Below are positions 16,820-25,271 of a stretch of 32,048 bases of DNA, in pieces (positions within the stretch are counted from its first letter, which is position 1; the number at the start of each line of letters is the position of its first letter). The notes beneath the pieces are model-generated. The model saw only the letters and a program-made list of their open reading frames with translations, searched no databases and was not told the DNA's origin. The position numbers and the translations under genes were made by a program. Source of the DNA: a candidate division WOR-3 bacterium (lineage in GTDB: Bacteria; Hydrothermota; Tepidihabitantia; Tepidihabitantales; JAOUPE01); the NCBI GenBank assembly GCA_039801565.1, contig JBDRUX010000014.1, forward strand, positions 1 through 32,048. The letters run 5' to 3'.

Positions 16820-19231
16820 ATGACTAAAGAACAGAAATTTTATGATGCCTTAAAAGATATCTTTGTTGGGGCAAAGGTTGAGGGTGAATCGGGTTATATC
16901 AATCTAATGAAGATAAAATCCAACTACTTCGAGAAAGGGGTCTTTCCAAAACTGCAAAAGGATGTTGATTCAGCTTTAAAACCGTTTCCTGAATTTAAAG
17001 AAGAACTTTTTGAAAAGTTATTTACTTTCTTCAACCGCTATTTCTCGGAAAGCGGTTCAATTTATTTTCGACATACCGCGGTTCATCAAAATATTTACGA
17101 AAAGGTTTATACCGATGATAAGGATGTTATGCTGTTCTGGAAGACTCATATGCTTTATTATGTTAAAACCGACCGGTTATTTAAAAATCTTGAAGTTGAA
17201 GTTGATGGTTTTAAGTTCTTTTTCGATGTCTCGCAATTGGAGCATAAAAAGGCATTTGAGAAGAAAGATATAATCTTCGAGTTTAAGGAAAAACGGCGAG
17301 ACGGGGTTCTGGTTTTTAATGTTTATTATTCGGAAAGAGGCAGAATAACAAAAATGGATGAGATTTTAAGGGCAATAAGGAAAACCGGGGTTAATTTAAC
17401 CGAAGAAATCTTGGAGCGGGCTTTTAGGATTTTTGAGAAGCAGAGTGAAGTTGATTATTTCATCAATAAGAATGCCAAAGAATTTTTAAGAGAGCAGTTC
17501 AATATTTGGCTTTATCAATATGTTTACAGTGGTGAAAGCGAATGGACTGAACAAAGGATAAAACAGTTACAGGTCTTAAAAGATATTGCCTTTAAGATAA
17601 TTGATTTTATCAGCCAATTTGAAGACGAATTAGTAAAAATCTGGAATAAACCAAAGTTTGTAAAAAATTCAAATTATGTGATTTCATTAGATAGAATTTC
17701 TGATAAAAAACTGGTTGAAAAAATCAAAAAGCACAAAAACTTTTCAGAACAAGTTAAAGAATGGGAAGAATTAGGCATAGATAAAAACAACCCCAAAGCA
17801 CCGATTGATACAAAATATTTCAAGGATTTAGAACTTGAGATTTTATCTCTTTTTGACGATTTAGACAAATCTTTAGATGGTTGGCTGATAAAAAGTGAAA
17901 ATTATCAAGCATTGAATACAATCCTTCCAAAATTCAAAGAGAAAGTGCAGACGATTTATATTGACCCGCCATTCAATAAAGAGCAGGATGCGGATTATTT
18001 TTATTCAGTGAAGTATAAAGATTCAAGTTGGATAACCTTGCTCGAAAATAGATTACAGTTAGCAAAGGATGTTTTGAAAGATACAGGAAGTATCTTTGTC
18101 CGATGCGACTACAATGGCAACTGGCTTGTTCGACCTTTGATGAATGAGATTTTTGGAAGTGAGAATTTTAGAAATGAAATAGTGATCAATAAATCCGTGC
18201 GGATGAAAACGGAAGGAAAAAAGTTTATTTCTTGGCACGATTCTATTATTCTTTATTCCAAGAACCCTGATAAAATGTATTTTCGTCATATAACCGAAGA
18301 AAGAGAGAGCGAGGAATGGCGTTCTCTCGATATGGATGGCGAGAAATGGGATGTAGTGCCATCTGATATGCTTAAGCTTTTTTCTCCCCAAAATATAAGG
18401 TATGATGATTACGGAAATCCGATCTCAAGAGCAAGAATAATTTTAGGTAAGGAGATTTTACCGAGAGAAGGTAGACGCTACCCGCCCCAAGAAATTATTA
18501 ATGAATTAGAAAAAGAAGGTAGAATAAGATTTAGCAAAACTGGAAACCCGCAGATGCTAAAACCACCAGATATTTTTCTGACAGATGATTGGACTGGTTT
18601 TTATGGTTATTCTTTCAATTGGAACTTCCCTACCGAAAACTCCGAAATCCTCTTAAAGCGTGTCATAGAATCAACTTCCAATGAAGGCGATTTAGTTATG
18701 GATTTCTTTTTAGGTTCTGGCACAACAACCGCAGTAGCCCATAAACTTAAAAGAAAATGGATTGGTGTAGAGATGGGAGAACATTTTTATACTGTAGTTC
18801 TGCCAAGAATGAAAGAAGTTTTAGCTGGCAAAGGCAATCATGAACCCTGCGGAATTTCTAAAGAAGTTAACCGGCAAGGTGGCGGATTTTTTAAATACTA
18901 TGAACTTGAGCAATATGAAGATACTTTAAGAAAAGTAAAATACGAAGATTCGGATTTGTTTGAAAATCCTTATCAAGACCCTTATAGCCAATATGTCTTT
19001 ATGAAAGACCAAAAAATGCTCGATGCCTTGGCGATTGATTATAAGAACAATAAAGTGAAAGTTGATTTGACTAAACTTTATCCCAATATTGATATTCCTG
19101 AAACAATTTCTAATATTCTTGGTAGATGGATTAAGAAAATTACTCCTGATTATGTTGAATTGGAAGATGGCGAAAAAATAAAAACCAAAGATTTGGATTA
19201 TAACCTAATTAAACCATTAATTTGGTGGTGA
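16820..19231 (+). CDS. mod: Type III R-M system adenine methyltransferase (Mod)
   Basis: Beta-class motif order: IYIDPPFN (motif IV), target-recognition region, DFFLGSGTT (motif I); upstream of res. Confidence 0.9.
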   Translation: MTKEQKFYDALKDIFVGAKVEGESGYINLMKIKSNYFEKGVFPKLQKDVDSALKPFPEFKEELFEKLFTFFNRYFSESGSIYFRHTAVHQNIYEKVYTDDKDVMLFWKTHMLYYVKTDRLFKNLEVEVDGFKFFFDVSQLEHKKAFEKKDIIFEFKEKRRDGVLVFNVYYSERGRITKMDEILRAIRKTGVNLTEEILERAFRIFEKQSEVDYFINKNAKEFLREQFNIWLYQYVYSGESEWTEQRIKQLQVLKDIAFKIIDFISQFEDELVKIWNKPKFVKNSNYVISLDRISDKKLVEKIKKHKNFSEQVKEWEELGIDKNNPKAPIDTKYFKDLELEILSLFDDLDKSLDGWLIKSENYQALNTILPKFKEKVQTIYIDPPFNKEQDADYFYSVKYKDSSWITLLENRLQLAKDVLKDTGSIFVRCDYNGNWLVRPLMNEIFGSENFRNEIVINKSVRMKTEGKKFISWHDSIILYSKNPDKMYFRHITEERESEEWRSLDMDGEKWDVVPSDMLKLFSPQNIRYDDYGNPISRARIILGKEILPREGRRYPPQEIINELEKEGRIRFSKTGNPQMLKPPDIFLTDDWTGFYGYSFNWNFPTENSEILLKRVIESTSNEGDLVMDFFLGSGTTTAVAHKLKRKWIGVEMGEHFYTVVLPRMKEVLAGKGNHEPCGISKEVNRQGGGFFKYYELEQYEDTLRKVKYEDSDLFENPYQDPYSQYVFMKDQKMLDALAIDYKNNKVKVDLTKLYPNIDIPETISNILGRWIKKITPDYVELEDGEKIKTKDLDYNLIKPLIWW

Positions 19232-20608
19232 ATGAAAAAGAAGGTAGAATCCCAAAATGTTGAATTTAAAGCCAGTTGGAAGGATGAATACCTAAAAGTA
19301 ATTTCTGCCTTTGCTAACGCTGAAGGCGGAAAGCTTATTATTGGAGTAGATGATAGCGGGAATCCGTTGGGTTTAAAAAATGTTAAAAAATTACTTGCTG
19401 ATATCCCAAATAAAGTAAATAATAAACTTGGTATCATACCTTCAGTTGAAATCGTCCGCCGAAAAAATAAAAGCATCGTGAATGTTATAATTAAACCATC
19501 CTCCGTCCCAATTTCTTATGACGGGAAATATTATCTAAGAAGCGGTAGCACTACCTTAGAACTAAAAGGAAGTGACCTTGCCGGTTTTATAATGAAAAAA
19601 CTGGGTAAGACCTGGGACGAATTTATTGATGAGCGAGCAAATTTTACAGACATTGATGTTGAAACAATAAAAAGATTTAAGGAATACGCCAGCGATAGGA
19701 TACCATCAATTGTCGCCGAAAAAAACCATTGGACTATCCTTGAGAAATTAGACCTGTTGGTAGACACAAAGCTTAAACGAGCAGCAATTTTATTATTCAG
19801 TAAAAAACCACAAAAGTTATACCCAAGTGCTTGTCTTAAGATTGGGAAATTTCTATCCGAGACCGAGATATTGACCAGTGATATTATTGAAGGAAATTTG
19901 TTTGAGCAATTAGAAAATGCCTTAACAGTTTTAAAAACTAAATATCTGATTAGCCAGATAAAGTTTGAAGGTATCCATCGAAGAGAAATTTTGGAATACC
20001 CGTATGACGCCTTAAGAGAAGCAATTATAAATGCCTTAATCCATCGCGACTATCTTGGAACATCCAATATACAAATAAGAGTTTATAATGATAGACTGGT
20101 AATTATGAACGAAGGTAAATTACCCCCGGAGGTTCCAGTTGAAAAATTAAAGACCGAACATTTATCAAAACCTCGCAACCCTCTTTTAGCTAAAGTTTTT
20201 TATCTTGCCGGATTTATCGAAAGTTGGGGCAGAGGAACAATAAAGATTGTCGAAAACTGTTTAAAACAGGAACTCCCAGAACCAGATTTTATTGAAGAAT
20301 ATGGCGTAATGAAGGTGATATTTTATAAAGATAAATTTACCGATGAATATCTTAAAAAATTAGGGCTTAATGAAAGACAAATTAAAGCAGTGAAATATGT
20401 GAAGCAGAAAGGGAAAATTACGAATAAGGAGTATCAGGAACTTTGTAATACTTCAGAAAGAACTGCCACACGTGATTTAACCGATTTGGTTGGTCGAAAT
20501 ATACTTGAGCAACTGGGCATCACCGGTAAAGGAACAAGTTATACCTTAAAGACGCCACAAAGACGCCAAAGCCGACATAAAGACGCCATAAAGACGCCAA
20601 AAGGATAA
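19232..20608 (+). CDS. AlbA_2 (Schlafen-like) / HATPase_c_4 / winged-HTH protein
   Basis: ESQNVEFK...ISAFANAEGG..IIGVDD; YPYDALREAIINALIHRDY; PRNP...IESWGRG; ITNKEYQEL...TATRDL. Confidence 0.88.
   Translation: MKKKVESQNVEFKASWKDEYLKVISAFANAEGGKLIIGVDDSGNPLGLKNVKKLLADIPNKVNNKLGIIPSVEIVRRKNKSIVNVIIKPSSVPISYDGKYYLRSGSTTLELKGSDLAGFIMKKLGKTWDEFIDERANFTDIDVETIKRFKEYASDRIPSIVAEKNHWTILEKLDLLVDTKLKRAAILLFSKKPQKLYPSACLKIGKFLSETEILTSDIIEGNLFEQLENALTVLKTKYLISQIKFEGIHRREILEYPYDALREAIINALIHRDYLGTSNIQIRVYNDRLVIMNEGKLPPEVPVEKLKTEHLSKPRNPLLAKVFYLAGFIESWGRGTIKIVENCLKQELPEPDFIEEYGVMKVIFYKDKFTDEYLKKLGLNERQIKAVKYVKQKGKITNKEYQELCNTSERTATRDLTDLVGRNILEQLGITGKGTSYTLKTPQRRQSRHKDAIKTPKG
20548..20600 (+). repeat. About 11-bp tandem repeats at the 3' end of the AlbA_2 gene
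   Basis: aaagacgcca occurs at 20548, 20559, 20579 and 20590, with one degenerate unit between. Confidence 0.8.
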
Positions 20609-20610
20609 TT

Positions 20611-23574
20611 ATGGCAAAAATATTTTTACAAGACATAATTGAGGACTTTAGATTTGAAGAACTGCCAGCGAATTGGAATTCATTTGATTTAGAAGGTTTC
20701 TCTAAAAAGAAGCGACTCTGGGATTATCAACAAGAAGCGGTAAAAAATGCAATAAAAATCCTATGGAAATACTTTGAAGATTTTGCTGATTACCAAAAAG
20801 ACGAAAAATTAGAGATAAACCAAATCCGAAAACAAAAATTCTTGGAATGGTATAAAGACAACGGATTAGAGGAAGATTTGAGTATCAAATTGGATAAAAG
20901 GAAAAGAAGTATCTTTAACCTTTTGACTGAATATTACCAGCCCGAAGATAATAAGATTCCTTATGAAAATTTTATCAACCGGATGTGTTTTTGGATGGCA
21001 ACCGGTAGCGGAAAGAGTTTGGTCATAATCAAACTCATTCAAATTATTAATACATTAATTGAGCGGGGTGAATTACCAAGATATGACATTTTGATTTTAA
21101 CCCACCGCGATGATTTGATTGACCAACTGAGAAGGCATATTGATGAGTTCAACTATGCTAACGAACCAAAGATAATATTAAAGGAATTGAAAGAATATCC
21201 GGAAGTTAAACGACAACAGCAATTATTTGGCATTACCGTATTTTATTATCGCTCCGATAACCTGAGTGATGAACAGAAAGAAAAGATAATTGATTTTAAG
21301 AATTATGACAACGATGGTAAATGGTTCATCTTCCTTGACGAAGCCCACAAAGGCGATAAAGAAGAATCAAAAAGACAACACATTTATTCAATCCTTTCAA
21401 GAAATGGATTTCTGTTTAACTCCTCGGCAACTTTTATTGACCCAAGAGATATTATAACTTGTGCTTATGAATTTAATTTAGCCAGTTTTATCAATGCTGG
21501 ATATGGCAAACATATAGCCATCCTAAAGCAAGAGTTAAGGGCTTTTCGAGATGAAGAGGATTATAGTGGCGAAGAGAAGCAAAAGATTGTTTTAAAATCT
21601 TTGATTCTGTTAACCTATGTTAAGAAGTTTTATGAGAAAGTGAAAAGAGTTCAAAAAGGATTATACCATAATCCTTTGCTTTTAACCTTGGTCAATTCGG
21701 TAAATATTGAAGAAGCGGACCTAAAGCTCTTTTTCCGGGAGATTGAAAGAATCGGTAAAGGTGAAATTGATGCCAAGCTATTTAAGACGGCTTTAAACGA
21801 ACTCTGGGATGAACTGAAACAAGAACCTGAATTTATGTTTGAAAAAGGCAATAAAGTAAAAATTGAAAAAGAAGTCTTCAAGGGCATAACTAAAAATGAT
21901 GTCATAAAATATGTTTATAACTCAAAGAGTTGTGGTGAAATCGAAATTTTGATAAGACCTTCAGACAAAAAAGAATTGGCATTTAAGTTAAAGACCAGTG
22001 AAAAACCATTCGCCTTAGTAAAGATTGGTGATATTTCGGGTTGGTTGAAAGAAGAACTGGAAGGATATGAAATATCCGAGCGTTATGAAGAAGAGAGTTA
22101 TTTTGAAAGTCTGAATAGAGAAGATTCGGATATAAATATTTTAATGGGCTCACGCAGTTTTTATGAAGGTTGGGATTCAAATCGTCCGAATGTCATCAAT
22201 TATATTAATATCGGAACTGGCGAAGATGCCAAAAAATTCATCTTGCAGTCGGTAGGAAGAGGAGTAAGGATTGAACCGATTAAAAATGAAAGGAAAAGAA
22301 TTCTTTCGCTATATAATGCTGACCGCTTGAATTATGAAGACTTGTTTAACAAAATTAAAGACAAAGTTTTGCCAATTGAGACGCTGTTTATATTTGGAAC
22401 GAATCGCAAAGCCTTGGAGACGGTTATCGGGCAATTAGAAAAAGAAAAGAGCAGGGAAGGCGAAGCCCAGTTATCATTGTTTGTTAATTACGAGGCAAAG
22501 AAACAGCCATTGTTAGTACCGACCTACAAGCAAGCCGATTACCCAATTCTAAAGTCGGAGAAAAAAGTTAAATTTGAGATAACGGAAGATGAATTTGCGC
22601 TTCTTAAATCTTTTCTTAATTTTGTTGACGATGATAGGATTCTTTTAATGAAAGTAAGTGAGCAGTTGAGGAATATGCCAGTGGAAAAATTAAAAGTCTT
22701 GCGCGAAAGCATCGGAAAAAAAGAAGATTTTTATAAGACAGGTGAACGAAGTTATAAGAATTTGGATATTCTACTGCAAAGAATTTTGGAACACTTGAGC
22801 GTCATTCCGCAAGAATTCGACAAACTTAAAATATTAGAAGATGAGATAAAACATTTCCAAAATATCAAAGTCTATTTAAAAGATATTAGTGAGATTCAGA
22901 ATAAAATTGAGACCGTTAGAGATTATCCTGATAAAAAGCGTGAATTAGTGAAAGAATTGTCAAAAGTGAGTGATAAGGCGAGACAAAAATTTGAGGATTT
23001 ACTCGCCAAAGAAGCCACAGCCACTTACGAATATGAGAACCAAAAAATTTATATAAAGTATATTCCCAACCATTATTACTTTCCAATCATATTATCCGAA
23101 AAAGAAAAGATTGATTATATTAAACACATAATCACTACACCAAGTGAAGTAAATTTTATCAATGCATTAGAAAATTACTTAGATAAAGCTGATAATAAGT
23201 TCAAAGAATTTGACTGGTGGTATTTCAGTAAATTGGATGCAAGTCTGGATGAAGTTTATATACCATATTACAATCCAAATATTAATAATATTAGTAAGTT
23301 TAATCCTGATTTCATATTCTGGTTGAAAAAAGATAAGGATTATTTTATTCTCTTCGTTGACCCCAAAGGAACCGAACACACTAACGCCTATCGAAAAATT
23401 GATGGTTACAAAGAACTATTTGAAGAAGCTGGAAAAACAAAGGTATTCAATTACAATGGCTTTAAGACGAAAATAAAATTGCAACTTAGACCGAAAGATG
23501 TTGCCAGGGCATCTGCTGAATACCGTCAATATTGGTTTGATAATATTGAGAAGATGTTTGATGTATTGAAATAA
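20611..23574 (+). CDS. res: Type III restriction enzyme Res subunit (SF2 helicase + PD-(D/E)xK nuclease)
   Basis: MATGSGKS Walker A, DEAH, SAT, EGWD..RP, QSVGRGVR, C-terminal PDF...DPKG. Confidence 0.92.
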   Translation: MAKIFLQDIIEDFRFEELPANWNSFDLEGFSKKKRLWDYQQEAVKNAIKILWKYFEDFADYQKDEKLEINQIRKQKFLEWYKDNGLEEDLSIKLDKRKRSIFNLLTEYYQPEDNKIPYENFINRMCFWMATGSGKSLVIIKLIQIINTLIERGELPRYDILILTHRDDLIDQLRRHIDEFNYANEPKIILKELKEYPEVKRQQQLFGITVFYYRSDNLSDEQKEKIIDFKNYDNDGKWFIFLDEAHKGDKEESKRQHIYSILSRNGFLFNSSATFIDPRDIITCAYEFNLASFINAGYGKHIAILKQELRAFRDEEDYSGEEKQKIVLKSLILLTYVKKFYEKVKRVQKGLYHNPLLLTLVNSVNIEEADLKLFFREIERIGKGEIDAKLFKTALNELWDELKQEPEFMFEKGNKVKIEKEVFKGITKNDVIKYVYNSKSCGEIEILIRPSDKKELAFKLKTSEKPFALVKIGDISGWLKEELEGYEISERYEEESYFESLNREDSDINILMGSRSFYEGWDSNRPNVINYINIGTGEDAKKFILQSVGRGVRIEPIKNERKRILSLYNADRLNYEDLFNKIKDKVLPIETLFIFGTNRKALETVIGQLEKEKSREGEAQLSLFVNYEAKKQPLLVPTYKQADYPILKSEKKVKFEITEDEFALLKSFLNFVDDDRILLMKVSEQLRNMPVEKLKVLRESIGKKEDFYKTGERSYKNLDILLQRILEHLSVIPQEFDKLKILEDEIKHFQNIKVYLKDISEIQNKIETVRDYPDKKRELVKELSKVSDKARQKFEDLLAKEATATYEYENQKIYIKYIPNHYYFPIILSEKEKIDYIKHIITTPSEVNFINALENYLDKADNKFKEFDWWYFSKLDASLDEVYIPYYNPNINNISKFNPDFIFWLKKDKDYFILFVDPKGTEHTNAYRKIDGYKELFEEAGKTKVFNYNGFKTKIKLQLRPKDVARASAEYRQYWFDNIEKMFDVLK

Positions 23575-23691
23575 GATTGATTATAAAAGTTCGATTTCGA
23601 TAATTTCCCTATCGAAACCTGGTTTCCATAGTTAGATAGGTGTTTAGACGGTCGCACCCGTAATTTTTACGACAGGATTATACCTCTACTT

Positions 23692-23756
23692 ACCAGCCCC
23701 CGAGCCAGCTTCCCAAGTAGCCTACGGGGTAGCCCCCGAACCTACTCCCCAGCCAG
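23692..23756. repeat. Degenerate GC-rich 12-bp tandem array (about 5 units)
   Basis: accagcccccga gccagcttccca agtagcctacgg ggtagcccccga acctactcccca. Confidence 0.8.
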
Positions 23757-23793
23757 TCTGAAACCTTGCCTTTAAGAAAAAAAGATTTATGTT

Positions 23794-23867
23794 AGTGAGG
23801 AGTGAGGTGTAAGGAGTAAGCAGAAAGGGGGAAGACTCACTCACTGCTTACTTCTCCCTGCTCACTA
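23794..23867. repeat. Inverted heptamer arrays
   Basis: agtgagg agtgagg tgtaagg agtaagc facing ctcactg cttactt ctccctg ctcacta. Confidence 0.75.
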
Positions 23868-24007
23868 TCCCAGTTGTAGCGGTGCCACTTCTCGCACCAC
23901 AATTTAAACTATTGAACCAGTTTGAATTAATTTTTCGACGCATCATTAAAATCAGAGATTGTGGGATAAGTTTTAGAGATAACTGAAAATAATGAGGCAG
24001 TATAGAG

Positions 24008-24163
24008 GGTTGCTCCCCAAGTGGCTTACGGGGCTACCTACCGGGCTGCCTCCCAGGTTGCTTCCTAAGTTGCCTACCGGGTCGCTCCCCAACCTGCTCC
24101 GTAACCAGCCCCCGAAGCAACTCCCGAGGCTACTTCCCAAGCGACCTACGGGGTAGCCCCCTA
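24008..24163. repeat. Degenerate GC-rich 12-bp tandem array (13 units)
   Basis: ggttgctcccca agtggcttacgg ggctacctaccg ggctgcctccca ggttgcttccta agttgcctaccg ggtcgctcccca acctgctccgta accagcccccga agcaactcccga ggctacttccca agcgacctacgg ggtagcccccta. Confidence 0.9.
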
Positions 24164-24269
24164 AGCGATACCCCCTCCCCAATGGAAAATTAGCGTAACC
24201 GACGGAAGACCAAGATGATAGACGAAAAAAATCGGTCATTTTTGACGTTACTTTTAAGTAACCTTTTTT

Positions 24270-24551
24270 GTGTTTGTTTTTACTAAGGAAATGGCAGAAA
24301 AGCTTAAAGCATTACGAAGAAAAGCCAATTTAAAACAACCGGAAGTTGCTGATCTGTTAGGATTAAAATCAAAATACGGACGAAGTTTTATAGCCCCTTT
24401 AGAAAACGGACCCATCCGAAATCCAAGTTTACGAACAGTTCTTGACTATCTTCGAATCTGCGGTGCATCTTGGATTGAATCTTTTAAAGAATTGGATGCG
24501 ATTGATTGGGGAAGTCAAGGGACAAGGTGTAGGCAGTCTTTGACTACCTAA
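24270..24551 (+). CDS. XRE-family helix-turn-helix protein (possibly truncated)
   Basis: KLKALRRKANLKQPEVADLLG...FIAPLENG...NPSLRTV is an HTH_3-like pattern. Confidence 0.75.
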   Translation: MFVFTKEMAEKLKALRRKANLKQPEVADLLGLKSKYGRSFIAPLENGPIRNPSLRTVLDYLRICGASWIESFKELDAIDWGSQGTRCRQSLTT

Positions 24552-24660
24552 GTTATTTTCACTAATCGCTGATTTTGGGAATGATTGAAAAATAGTTTAA
24601 ACTTGTTCAATAGTTCAATTTAATGCCGACACCATATCTGCAATCGCTAGCATTTTTTTC

Positions 24661-24716
24661 TTGACATACCTATATATTGTAGTATAATCAGTGTTGATTT
24701 ATACTATATATTGTAT
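24661..24716 (+). promoter_or_regulatory. nrdR-nrdD promoter with two NrdR boxes
   Basis: TTGACA (24661)-N16-TATAAT (24683); boxes tacctatatattgtag (24667-24682, fills the spacer) and atactatatattgtat (24701-24716) match acaCwAtATaTwGtgt. Confidence 0.88.
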
Positions 24717-25223
24717 ATGAAGTGTCCAAATTGTGGGAAAGAAGAAGACCGGGTTTTAGATACTCGGGTCTCGCAGGGTGGCGAAGCGGTGCGGCGCCGA
24801 CGCGAATGTATGGCGTGTGGTTATCGGTTCACGACTTATGAATACATTGAGCGAACACCGTTAACGGTGATTAAACGCGATGGGTCGAGCGAACCTTTTG
24901 ATCGTAACAAGTTAATTACCGGTATTCAGCTGGCTTGCGCCAAACGACCAATTACCCGAGCGCAAATTGAAAAGATTGTGAACGATATCGAGTTGACTTT
25001 AGCCGATGAATATAAGTCCGAGGTGAAATCAAAAGATATTGGCGAGATGGTTTTAGCTCAATTGGCAAAGATTGACCAAGTCGCTTATATTCGGTTTGCC
25101 TCAGTTTACAGGGCATTTGAAGATGTTGAACAATTCATTGCTGAGATTGAGAAGTCGTTGGCTAAGAAAAGAAAAGGTGATAGTGAAACCCAAAGCGCCC
25201 GCAACGGAATAAGCCCCGGTTAA
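24717..25223 (+). CDS. nrdR: Transcriptional repressor NrdR
   Basis: MKCPNC...DTR...RRRRECMACGYRFTTYE, ATP cone (VIKRDG..EPFDRNK), DQVAYIRFASVY. Confidence 0.97.
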   Translation: MKCPNCGKEEDRVLDTRVSQGGEAVRRRRECMACGYRFTTYEYIERTPLTVIKRDGSSEPFDRNKLITGIQLACAKRPITRAQIEKIVNDIELTLADEYKSEVKSKDIGEMVLAQLAKIDQVAYIRFASVYRAFEDVEQFIAEIEKSLAKKRKGDSETQSARNGISPG

Positions 25224-25271
25224 TTAAACCGTTGTGGCAAGTATGAGTTTTAATAAAACTAAAAATAGAAA

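Larger units (their letters stand above)
23904..24666 (+). mobile_element. Copy 2 of the MITE-like element (inverted repeats + 12-bp array + XRE HTH)
   Basis: Inverted homology to 2239-2966; aactattgaaccagtttgaattaatttttcg...aaaatcag (23907-23955) pairs with ctgatttt...ttgaaaaatagtttaaacttgttcaatagtt (about 24569-24615). Confidence 0.8.

Noticed and set aside
14772..23574. Intact provirus around the capsid-like gene
   Set aside because: No integrase, replication, packaging or other structural genes; the neighbours are a peptidase and an R-M system
24008..24163. CRISPR array
   Set aside because: Contiguous degenerate 12-mers with no constant repeat/unique spacer alternation, and no cas genes in the window
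23973..24239. 88-aa Gly/Ser-repeat ORF on the minus strand
   Set aside because: It arises from the 12-bp array, has no clear RBS, and the homologous copy has only 3 units with divergent upstream sequence; not called as a gene, though not formally excluded
2239..24666. Classical composite transposon
   Set aside because: Neither repeat encodes a transposase and no target-site duplication was seen
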